Source: an uncultured Desulfobacterium sp.
GTDB lineage: Bacteria > Desulfobacterota > Desulfobacteria > Desulfobacterales > Desulfobacteraceae
DNA length: 64,000 nucleotides
NCBI GenBank assembly: GCA_963675955.2
Contig: CAXXVR010000009.1
Span: forward strand, 930,441-994,440
Direction of reading: 5' to 3'
The position numbers were made by a program, and so were the translations under genes. The notes beneath the pieces are model-generated. The model was not told where the DNA came from. It saw only the letters and a list, made by a program, of their open reading frames with translations, and ran no database searches. Shown here piece by piece: positions 23,188 to 37,858 of this stretch. How positions within the stretch are numbered: position 1 is the first letter of the stretch; each line of letters opens with the position of its first letter.

Positions 23188-26100
23188 ATGAGTGATTTAT
23201 CTGTTCATAATTAATTTACGTGCGATGGGTACATTTTTGACAACAATTTTAAGCTTTATTCAAGATGCCGATGCTCCCCAATCATTGGAATACGATATAA
23301 ATGTAGGGTATGTGATGATTTTGATTTTTGTGAGAATTGCTTTTAAACAAAATAGCATGAACATTAATTAATTCCTATACCTCGGCCAGTCCCAAATTTA
23401 TAGCCACCTTAATAAATGGTTACTCACGAGTATATAAAATGCGATGGTTCTTAATGTATTTTGTTTATATTTTATAAAGGATGTGGTCAATGTCCTATGA
23501 TAGGAAATAGATATAAATGCTAATAGTGTCCTGATTTTGATTACTGCTAGAAGTGCTATCAGATTTGTCCGCATGATCCTTCACATATTTTTCTACCAAT
23601 TTTGATACCATAAAGTTTTAAAAAAAATGTACCTAATTATTGGGTGCCACTTGCTAAATAGAAAGTTAATTTTTGTTTTATAATTATAATTTCTAGTTCT
23701 AAGATTTAAAATTTGGCTTTTATTTGGTAAACAATTTATTTTAAGATAACATGTTTTACTCTCTTCCATTAAAACATATTTCTTTCGATACAGTCATCAC
23801 CAATAATATTGTAAAAACTTCAATAAAATAAACATACTTAAACAATTCCAATTATTATATTGAAGCCGAATATTTGTTTCCAATTTGGCCAACAGCATGT
23901 TTTGATAGTTTTTAAGCAAAATTAGCAAGTGATAAATTTCTTAAATTTCTTAATAATTTTGAATAAAGATTAGTTAATAAAAGGAGTTATTAAAGAAAAA
24001 GAATAGGCAAAATAAGAGTATTAGTCTCATCTTGAATAAGGAAATACTGTAGCATACTCAGGTTAATTTTTACTTTCAAATTAAAATCTGAAATAAATTA
24101 GAAATTAATGAAGAATCTGAGGATATAATGAAAGTCAAAATTGGCAATATTCCTCCAAATTCCCAAATCGAAATAATTTATAGTTATTTATAAGAACTCG
24201 AAGTATCACTCAATAAATTTTGGCGATATACCATACCTTCAACTTTAACTCCACACTACTAACCATAAATTGAAAAACAAAATGTAACTGAAAGCCTGTT
24301 AGATATGGAAAATATTTAAACAATATCAAGTGATTCAAATTAAGCTTATACTTGGTCGATTACAGTGGAAATTTTGTAAACAACTAAAATCACTGTTATT
24401 GATTCACCCTCACATAAATTGTTATTAATAAACAAAAATTTAGAAGAAACATAATTGACGGTTATGGCCGAAACTGAATAAGGAAAATTGCTTCCAAATA
24501 AAGATTTCGTTTTGATTTTTAGAAATGATTAAATTAGATAGCCTTAAGTTATGTTAGGTCATTATTCAAAATTTTTTAATTTATCTGGTTAGGAAAAGGA
24601 AAAAATAATGAAATGTGTGCAATGCTTTCCTTTGTTCCAGATTTTTCTAATTGTTAACTTGACGATGCATTAAAATAATCATTAAGCAAATCTTAGGACG
24701 ATCCTAACGATTTTCCAATAAATTTTGATTCCGCAAGAAGTGAATATATATTTTTAATTGATAGAAGTGGCTCTGTAAACACAATTCTTTATGCCTATAT
24801 TATTTAAATAGATGGGTGGCTAAAGAATTCAGTATGCAAAATAAGCACTCATTCTTTTTTTAAAATCAATGCCAAACTCAACTTATTTTAATATCTATAG
24901 TTTTGGATCAAACTTTGATTCTTTGTTCCCTTCTAGTATGAAATATGAAGCATAACAAGTGAATTTTGCAATCGAACAAGTATAAAACTTTACGGCTAAT
25001 TATGGTGGAACAGAAATTTATAGCCCTTTAGTAAAAATATTAAAAGAATAACCAAGAATTAAAGGATTTCCAAGATAAGTATTTTTGTTGACTGATGGTG
25101 ATGTCAGCAATGCAAATTCAGTCATTTAATTGATCCAAAACAATAATAGATTTAATAGAGTTAAAGCACAATTGTTTAAATTATTATTAGGTGCATAGTA
25201 TTGGAATTGGAAGTGGTGTATCAACATATTTGATAAAATAATGTGCAAAAGCAGGAAAAGGAAACTCACTTTTTGTTTCAAATAATAACGATATTTCAAG
25301 TTCAATAATAAAACTCTTATAGTATTCATTAACTCCTTGTTTGGATAATTTTGTTTTCAGCTATGATCAACAACTAATAGTAAATTCTTTTCATTTTATT
25401 AAATTTAAAAAAAAGGATTCAATAATACCAGCACCAACTAATATTCCTTATATTTTAAAAAACCAACCCTTTATTATGTATTTGTTTTTTAAACCAACGG
25501 TAATTCCCGGAATTTAAACTTAAGTAGTACTCACTTGCTCTGACAGTGCGTTAAATGAAAATTTAACCTTCATCGTTGAAATTAATTCGAATACTTGTCT
25601 AGAAACTGAGGATGTCTATAAATTGGGAGTTTTTAAAATGATAAATTGCATGGAAGAGAAAATAAAAGGCAACAATTAAAATATTGGAGATGATACTTTC
25701 CTTGCAAGAAAAATGAATTACAAAGATGAAATTGTTAATTTATCTATAAAACATTAGATTCTCTCAAAATCAACAGCCTTCCTTTGTGTAATTGATGAAA
25801 TTGCAGATGAAAATGCGCATTTAGTTTAAAATCAATAATAATAATAAAAAATTATAATTCCTTCCTTAATATCAGTTGATTATGAAAACCAAAAACCTTA
25901 ATTTACATAGTCACTTTCTCAAGGATTTTAAAGCCAAAATTGTTTATTTGGCTCAGTACAAAAGTTAAGTGCACCTTAAGCGCCTTAATGTTCTTCAATG
26001 GCAATGCAATTCAACTAAAATCAAGGATTGTTTGGAGCTAAAAATAAAAGTATATAAAACCTTCCATCAGCTGGTTTATTTGGCTCAGCATCAAATAATT

Positions 26101-26630
26101 GGGGTGTGCCTTAAGCACCTTAAGCACCTTAATTACAGTGTTTATAGTAAAAAGAATATCAAGGGTTTTTTGGAGGAAATTTGCTGGATTGTATTGATTT
26201 AGAATCATCTGAAAAAAAAGTAGAGAATTTTTCTTAGAATTTTAGTTTTGGTCCATAATGCTTTTAATAATAATAGCAACAATAATAATAGCAACAATAA
26301 TAAGGAATAACTTAATAAACCTCATCAATAATATTTTAAATGATTGTGAATTCAGTTAAAGTTGAAGGCTATTGGTGTTATAATATGTAATTGGTTTCTT
26401 AAATTATTAAAAACCCTAATGATTTTGATTATACAATTCCATAAAATATTTAATGTTAAATTCCTAATGATTATTGGATGACAATTTTAGTGTTAGCATG
26501 GTTATAAACAAAGTCAATATCTAATAAAAATGAATGGATTTTGTTTGGATAAAAAGCTGAAAATTGGTTAAATAAATTTGGTGGAATTTGGAAATCTTTT
26601 TTACCTAAAGCTTAATCATTATTGAAATGA
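23188..26630 (+). CDS. ZZ-ZZ zinc finger + VIT + von Willebrand A domain protein (VWA5A-like)
   Basis: Two ZZ fingers (CDG|C..PI.G.RYKC..C.DFD.C..C), a VIT domain (IEAEYLFPI) and vWA MIDAS motifs EYIFLIDRSGS|M and VFLLTDG. TGA at 26628-26630. Confidence 0.85.
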
Positions 26631-26753
26631 ATTAATAAAACAAATAAATAAATTTAAGTTACTTAATTTAAATAATTTTGAAAATCTATTTAATAAAGAA
26701 TCAATAAAAACTATTTAATAAAGAATCAATAAATATTTTCACACAAACAAAAA

Positions 26754-28963
26754 ATGTATGGCATTTTCTATAAAAAAATTATTTTTTATAATTTGAATAC
26801 AATTTTAATTGATTATTTGTAAATCTCGTATTGAAATGGAATACTTTCTGGAAATAGAGAAACTTCAAATTTCTTTAGATAATTCAAGATTAAAACTTGA
26901 ATTTGAATGTTAAGTTGGAAAAATAATTAATATCATTCAGTTTAATATGATAGAAACCAATTTTTATGCTTAAGTTTAGAAATACTAATTCTTATTTTTA
27001 CAATTAAAAGTTTTTAGATGCAACTGCAAGCAAATCAATCTTTTCTATTAAATTTTCATCTGAAATGATTTTGAAATTTAAAGAAAAATCATAATGTATA
27101 AAAGATTCGTAACCTTAAACAAAGGAATCACCTCAAAAATTTTAATATGATGCCTTTAGTTTGTTTTTACCAAAGGGAACAGCCAATTTTGTTTTAAAGG
27201 ATAAAGTGCAAACCAGCATACCGAAAAGCTTAATTAAATATTTATCCAAACATGCATTTTAAGATTCTTTTTCAGAAAAATATAAAATAATTCAACGCAT
27301 TGGAAAAGGTGCTTTTGCAAATGTCTTTTTAATTAAAAATTTCATCTCTTAAAAAAAATATGCAGGCAAAGTCTTTTCTAGAGAATAAATTAATAATGAT
27401 TCTAAAGGAGCTTAATCTCTTTGAAACGAACTCTAAATTATGGCAAATCTATACCATTTGAATGTTCTACCAATCAAAGAATGCTTTCTAACTCCGGGCT
27501 CATTTGTTCTCGTTATACCTTTACTCACTGGCGGAAGTCTTGGCTAATTCTTAAGAAAATACTACCCTTTATCAGAATCTTCTGTTCGTAAGATTTTAAA
27601 AAAAGTGTTAGGAGGGTTAGCGTATCTTCATTCAAAAGGAATTATACACAGAGATATTAAACCAGATAATTTAATTTTTGAAAGAAAAGTTTAAGAAAAG
27701 AAAAGGTTTGAAATTTAGATAGTAGATTTTGGACTTGCATAATAAATTGAAGCAAAAAAATGATTGTATATTAAGTGTGGAACTTATGGATTTTTGGCTC
27801 CGGAAATTGATCGAGCAAAGAAAGAAATGGATTATTCGCAATTAGCTGATATATTTTCATTGGGATGCATTTTTTACTAAATGTTAAATAATATTCCCTA
27901 AATTATGAATTTTTAGGATTAAAGGAGAACCACTATTTTCTGGACAAACAGTTGAATAAATTGAGAAATTAAATAAACAATGCTTGATTAATTTAAAGTC
28001 ACTAAAATGCTCAACTGCAGCAAAAAGCCTTTTGAAAAAAATGTTATAGCCAAATTAAAAATTTAGAATTTCGGCTGAAAAAGCTTTGGAACATGAATTT
28101 TTTAAGTTTAATTTATCATCAAAAATTCAAAAAAAAACATAACATCAAATTAAGAGTTCATTTATTAATAATCTTATAGATAATAATAGTTCATGGGAAA
28201 GATTCAAAAATTTGATCATAATATAATGAAAATTTAAGTGACAATGAACAAACAACAATAATTTAATGTACAATTTAAAAATTTTCCACAAAGTAATTAA
28301 ATTTTTTTGTTATTAAATGCCTAGTATTTTTGATATGAGCAAAAAAAGTTTAACATTAAAACGATAAGGATGCTTGACACCGTTGCTGAAAAACCATTCG
28401 AGCAAATCTCCAAGTTGGATTTTTGATAAATAAATATAATTTTAGTTAACTAAGCTAAAAAATAAATTGAAATCTACCGTGAGTTTTAGACATCACCTTA
28501 ATTATCTAGCGATGACGAAATTATACTATAATTAAAAAGCACTTAGTAGTTACCACACACCACAAATTAACTATAAAATACTTCACATAAACTTATTTAA
28601 TAAGGCTCTTTATTTAATTACGATTTGAGTGAAAGTAATATTAGTCATTTTTCTTAGTAATTCTAATAATCGAGCTATCAATGCTTGTCCAATAACTAAA
28701 TGAGTTGGCTAAGCTATTTAGCATAAAGTTAGTCTACGTTTTAACATCTTCCTTAAGTTTAATCCGCTGATGATCCATTTTTGTAGCATTTAGATGAAAC
28801 AAAAATAAATTAAAAAGCAGTAAAATACAAAGCCTCAATTTATAAATAATATCATGAATAAAAATAAAACTAAATCTAAAATGAAAAATTAAGTAATCAA
28901 GATGATTCATTTTAACCTATAACTAAAGAAGAAAAAACTGCATAATTTATTACTTAATGTTGA
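26754..28963 (+). CDS. Ser/Thr protein kinase (CAMK-like) with N-terminal extension and low-complexity tail
   Basis: IGKGAFANV, YAGK, IIHRDIKPDN, IVDFGLA, CGTYGFLAPE and ADIFSLG. Contains internal in-frame TGAs and ends at tandem TGA TGA. Confidence 0.85.
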
Positions 28964-29073
28964 TGATTCACTAATTATTTTGTTGTATATTTATTATTTT
29001 CATCTGTAAAATTTATTTTGTTAATCAAATTACAGATATATAAAGTTATATATTTTATAGGTAAAAAGAAAAT

Positions 29074-30771
29074 TCATTGCATAAGAAATTTCAATTATTT
29101 ATCATCTTAATCAATATCTTAAATTTCTAATAGTTATATTTTTCTTTAAAGTTTCGTTTTAATTCATGTAAAGTACTTTCTGTTGCTTAAAAAATATCAT
29201 TTATTTAATATTTCTTCTCATAATAGTCTTCAATTTTTTTAAAAAAATCACTTGATTATTTCTTTGGGAAACTCTTGGAATTAAATTGTTAATTTCTTTA
29301 GATTTTCTTCTTAAATTTTGAGGGACTATTTGTTCGATTAGATAAATTTAATTTGGTTGAATTAATAGATTGATTTTGAGTTGCCAATATTTTTCGTTAG
29401 TACCATTTTTGATTATCTTAACCAACTTTTTTTTTCATTTATTCCATTTCTTGAAAGATCTTTTCTTTATTTTTTTCATACTAGTGTTTGTCTATACTTT
29501 TAAGAGAATTAATAACTTTTTTCATTGATTATTCATTTTATGTCAAAGTTGAATAGCCTAGCTTGGTACTAATTATAAGTTCAGCTTGTTGCTTTGATTA
29601 CTGAAGGTTTTCTTTTTTTTCTGTTTAAAGTTTTGTGTCTTTGTTACTAAAACAAAATATATCTAATATTAATTACTTGAAAAATGTATAAATTTCATCT
29701 TTTTTTTTCTGGTTTGTTAATAGATCCTTTGAATTTTTTAATTAGCATTCAATTTAATGTTTTCAATTGTTAATTCAAGTTGGAGCCTAAAATTTTATTA
29801 TTTACAATCTAATAAACTTCTTATTCTAATAAATAAGGCTGAGCCATCGGCATTGCAGACTAAATACGTTTCGTTAACGAAATATTTGCTCCTTTTCTCA
29901 AACATTATGAAGAATTCTTTAAGTTCATTGAATTTTAATTTTTAGTCTAAGTTAAAAAAAAATTGCTACTTGATTTTCTCCTTAAAATACTTGTAGATTC
30001 TCGTCTTTTTTCCATTCTTTTTTCAAATAACAATTCAAGTTAACTTTTGAGTCCTTAATTTTATAAAGACTCTTTCTCCATTTATTCTTTAATCTATGTT
30101 TCAATCACTTTTTTCGCAAAACAATATACATTTTAAATTTATTTCTTTCTATTACTTTCCGTTCACAGATCAGAATCACAATCCTCGTACTTTAACTATT
30201 ACTTTCAAAATTTGTCTTCTGATATATCTGAATTTTTTACTTCATATGGAATAAGCTAATTATATTGACGGGTCTTAATTGATTATTATCTTTTATTTTA
30301 ATTTTCATATTATTTGAAAATAACTAATGGTTTATATTCTGTGTATTTAGGCATTAAATCAACAAGGCTAACAGTTTAGAAAAAATCATTCATTATATTA
30401 TGTAAGTTTTCGACACTTGCTTTGAATTATCCTAAAAAGTTTTTCTTTACATGTTATTACCAAAGATCTTTAATCTTAAGTACCAGTTTTTTTAATTTAA
30501 TATTATTAAGTAATTATTTAATATTTCTTGTAATCGTTACAGTTTTTGCCAATTAAGTTGTTTATTTTTATCAGTTTTTTAAAGCATTTTCAAAATTTTG
30601 ATTATCATTAAAGATTCTAGCAATTGGAGAAGCATTTTGTTTTGCTTTAGAAGATTATGGAGATTTTTTGGAAGTTTGGAAAAAACCAAAAGAAGCACGA
30701 TTTTGTAGAGTTTATTTTTATTACTACTCATATAAAAGTGGAGTTGAGTTTGTGTGCAAAGTTTTGTACAT
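29074..30771 (-). CDS. Hypothetical coiled-coil protein
   Basis: Runs from MYKTLHTNSTPLLYE... to ...DDKQLKFLMQ-TGA with charged helical composition. Confidence 0.5.
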
Positions 30772-30851
30772 AAAATTATAATTATAATTTTTATAGTTTT
30801 ACACTATTATAAATCTAAATAAAAAAAGTAAAACAATTAAAATGATCAATG

Positions 30852-32656
30852 TCATAGTCCAAGCCGAGTTTAAACAAAGTGTTTCCATTACATTTTTGGA
30901 ATTTTCTTTTCTTGTACTTCTTCAAATAATTCTGATATTAAACAATACTTCCCAGGACTATTATTACTTAAATTTTGTTTGCATTCAATTACCAAATTAA
31001 AAAATTCAGTTTTTTAGTTATCATCTTGTTTGTTGAAATTGTATTACTATAATTTATGCATTGAAGGTATATATTATATTAAAAAGTTCTCAAGACGATT
31101 AAGTGCTGCAAGTATTTGCAATTCACGTTCTGTTGGCTTTGAAATAAAGTGGTTTAGAGATTTCGAATGAAAAATTTAGATTAATTGTTAAAATTTTTCT
31201 GAAAAATTACCTAATTATTAAATTTCATTTAATTTTTTAATCATTAATAATTATATCATCAGATTTTATAACATACATTTGTGCTATTAATTACTCATTT
31301 TCTAAGATTTTTCAAGAATATAATGGCAAAATTTGTGTAACTTTTTTATAACAACTCCTTATCGAATTGAATTTTACTAATCTGAACATTGCAATGAATG
31401 TTCATTAATCTCTCTCAAACTGATATATTCTTAACAATTTATACAAAATACTGTCATAGTATTTTCATTATAAAACGAGATATCATTTAAGGATTTATCA
31501 TATCTTGGCGACATAGGATCTTATGTAGATGCATATTATAAATAATCATCAATTGCTTCATTTAATTTATTTAAGTCAAGATTATCAGAATGCTAAATAG
31601 ATGATTTAATATTAAATGGTTAAAATTTTGTCAAATATTCTGAGACTAAACTGATCATCGAATTCATGTTTTAATTGTTTTAATTTCCAGGTTTAATATA
31701 AGATTAATTTACTATAGATGGTTAGTCATTTCTACTAACATCTTATGAAGGAAGAATACTATATTTATCTAGTAATTATGAATACTCTGAAGAAATTTAT
31801 TGATAATCTGAAGCAAGTTAAACTCGTTTTATTGGTTTATTTTAAAGAGTTTGCTGATTGTAATTATTTAAAACAGTAAGGACTTTATCCTTTAATATGG
31901 AAGTATCATCAAGAGCCTAACTAGAAAAAATTAATTTACTAGAAAATTAGAGACTGATGCTTCTTCTATTGTATAGGAACAGTTATTCTATTATTATTAT
32001 TGGTAGCAATTTGGTTAATGTTAATAAGGACTATTTGATTTTCTTATAAATTACTATTAACTTGCAGGAGCAATATTATTCTTATGCTTTAAGATAGATT
32101 TTTTTGTATCAATAAAATAAGACTCAAATTTAGAAGCACAAGAAATAGGATTTTATTAAAAATGATTGGCAACACTAATTCTTTGCATTGAACCTTCAAT
32201 TGGTGAAAGCTTTCTAGTCCCTTTCTCTAGTTATAAATTTTTTTATTAAGATTCTCTCACAACTTCTTCTACTTCTTTTGGTAATCTATACTTTTCAAAT
32301 AATTTTTCTTTAATATTTTGTGTAGAAAATGTATTATTAAAAGTTTTAGTTGTTTGAGAATTATAAGAAGAAGGTAAACCAGGTGTATATCAGTTTTTTT
32401 ATGAGTGGTAAGAATAGCTAGGTTTTTAGAAAAAATTCTAAGCTGAATCGCCAAATTATGAATTTTACATTGGATTATTAAATATACGCATATTCTTGGC
32501 TGACTAATTATATTAATAATCACAAGAGTTATCTATCGAGGAATCATTGGGCAAAAAATTATTTGCAAAACTTTGCTTTTTGCTATCTGGCCTTGTGATT
32601 TCAGGATTAAAAGTGAATTTTTCTTTAGTTATTAAGGGCCGTCTATCAGTCATCAT
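30852..32656 (-). CDS. Hypothetical protein with S/N/Q-rich N-terminal half and helical C-terminal domain
   Basis: MMTDRRPLITKEKF..., with the most plausible end ...IPKMQWKHFVQTRLGL-TGA. Confidence 0.5.
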
Positions 32657-32797
32657 ATAAATCAATATGATAATTATTTTATTAATTATTTATAATTAAT
32701 TATAAAATATAGTAGAAACCATTCTATTATACGTTTTTGAAAATTTGTTAAATTAAATTGTATAATTCTATTTCTTAATAAACCTTTAAATATTTTT

Positions 32798-35795
<2,998 letters not shown>

Positions 35796-36020
35796 TAATT
35801 TAATAAATTTTCTAATTTTTATAAATAAAATTATTGTTTTAATTTTATTTAGTTTTTAAAATTGAAGTAAGTTACTAATTGAAAATTTTCGTTAGTCAAC
35901 TAATACATTTTTAAAATGAGTCACAAAATATCTTTATGTTAAAAAAAAATAAATAATTACAAAATTTGATTTACCTAAACAATTTAAATTAAAAGTAAAT
36001 TATTAAATATCAAAAAACCT

Positions 36021-37800
36021 ATGGGAACAGGATGCCTTCAATAAGGACAAAGAAAACATGTTAAAAACTAGCTAATTTGTTAGGCAACATTTTCTGAAGT
36101 TGATAATACAGCAATATCAAATGAGGATATTCGTTCTATTTATCAATTTGATTCTTAAGTTATTGGTGAATTTATTTCTAAGAGATTTTAATTAATATTT
36201 GTAAGGACAGGGATATTTTGGAATGGTTCGAAAGTTGACTTTTATTTCTTATTGATTTATTTTATTGATTCAAAAGAGCTTACTTAAAAAATAATCCTTA
36301 AAAGATTTTTGCAGTAAAGAGTATTTACAAGGAAAAAATAAAAAAAGAATTATATTTACTTTAAAGAGAATTGTCAATTTTTAAAAGTCTTGAGTAAGAT
36401 TATTGAAGCGTTTTATTTTTTAAAGTCATCCAAACATAGTAAAATTCTATGAAACTTACCAGGATGAAAAATTTTTTCACTTAGTCATGGAATATTGTTC
36501 AGGGGGTGAATTGATGGATAAGCTTTGTTAAGAAGGCAGTCTTGATGAAGCGTATGTTAGATTGGTAATCAAAAAAATTGTGAGTGCTGTACATTATTTG
36601 CATAGACGTGGGATTTGTCATCGAGATTTAAAACCTGAAAATTGTTTATTTCAGCATCTGAGAAAAGGTGCAGAAATCAAAATAGTAGATTTTGGATTAG
36701 CGAAATAATACTAACATTTAGAAAGTTCTTTATTAATTTTTTATTTTGTTTTAAGGCGTTATTACAATGCATTCATTAGTCGGCACTCCTATATATATTG
36801 CCCCAGAAGTTATTAAATAAAAATATAATTAGAAATGTGATAATTGAAGTCTTGGAGTAATGACTTATTTTTTATTATACGGGAATCCTCCGTTTCATGG
36901 AAAAAATGAATATGAAGTGTTTAAAAAAATAAAAGCTGCAAAATTAAAATTTTCAGGTGAGTAATGAGATAATATATCAATTGATGCTAAAAATTGAATT
37001 GCAGGGTTAGTGTGCAAAAATATAAATAAACGCATGACATTGGACTAAGCATTATAACATCCATGATTAGAAAACGTTTAGTTGAAAAGTTCCACTATAA
37101 TTCTGAAAACGCCGGATCCAAAAATAATTCAAAAATTAAAAGAATTCAAAACAATATCAAACATGAAACGTGAAGCATTACGCGTCATGATAAACATGCT
37201 CAGTGAAATGGAATTAAAAGAACTTAATGAGGCCTTTTAGATAATCGATGTCAAAGCCAATGGCTCAATTGATATCAATAACTTATCAATGGCAATAAGT
37301 TAAAGTGGGATTGGAGATCCTCTTGCAGAAGCCAAAACAATCATGAATTTAGTAAGTTTTGAGAAAATTGGACAAATTAATTATTTTGAATTTATGGTTG
37401 CTACGCTTGATAAAAAAATTTATTTAAATGAAGAAAATGTATAGGCAACATTTAAATATTTTGATATAGATAATACTAATTATATAACCTCATCAAATAT
37501 TAAAGATGCTCTGGTATAAATTATTTATCTTAACTAGTTTTCATTAAGACAAGACAAGGAAGAAATATTTAATTAGAAGAAGTGCAACCTTGAATTCAAT
37601 AATTAAGTACATCATAGCCTGGAAGGATAACTTATGATGAGTTTATTTAAATGATGAAAGAAGAAGGCAATTAAATAATTTAATTTTAATAAAAGGCGTA
37701 AGATAATATAAGCACAGTTTCAAGTAATGTTAATTAAATTCCTATTGAAGGTCCTTTAAATCAAATAAGATCGAATATTATCTATTTTTAATTTAAATGA
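36021..37800 (+). CDS. CDPK-family kinase with four (degenerate) EF-hands
   Basis: MGTGC N-terminus, then [34 protein letters not shown](W)SLGV and HP(W). A junction region and calmodulin-like domain follow. TGA at 37798-37800. Confidence 0.9.
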
Positions 37801-37858
37801 TTAATACATATTGTTTTTTGTTTATATAAAAATTTACAGTTAATTATAGTGCAATCAA

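Noticed and set aside
26686-26733. Intergenic tandem duplications (23 nt x2 here; 14 nt x2 at 42753-42780) as a CRISPR array, IES or mobile-element footprint
   Set aside because: Only two AT-rich copies each, with no spacers, terminal repeats or transposase. Best explained by replication slippage.
28961-28966. A local sequence motif distinguishing stop TGA from sense TGA
   Set aside because: Bases following terminal TGAs (T, G, A) overlap those following sense TGAs, and no discriminating motif is visible by eye. Tandem TGA TGA here is an isolated case.
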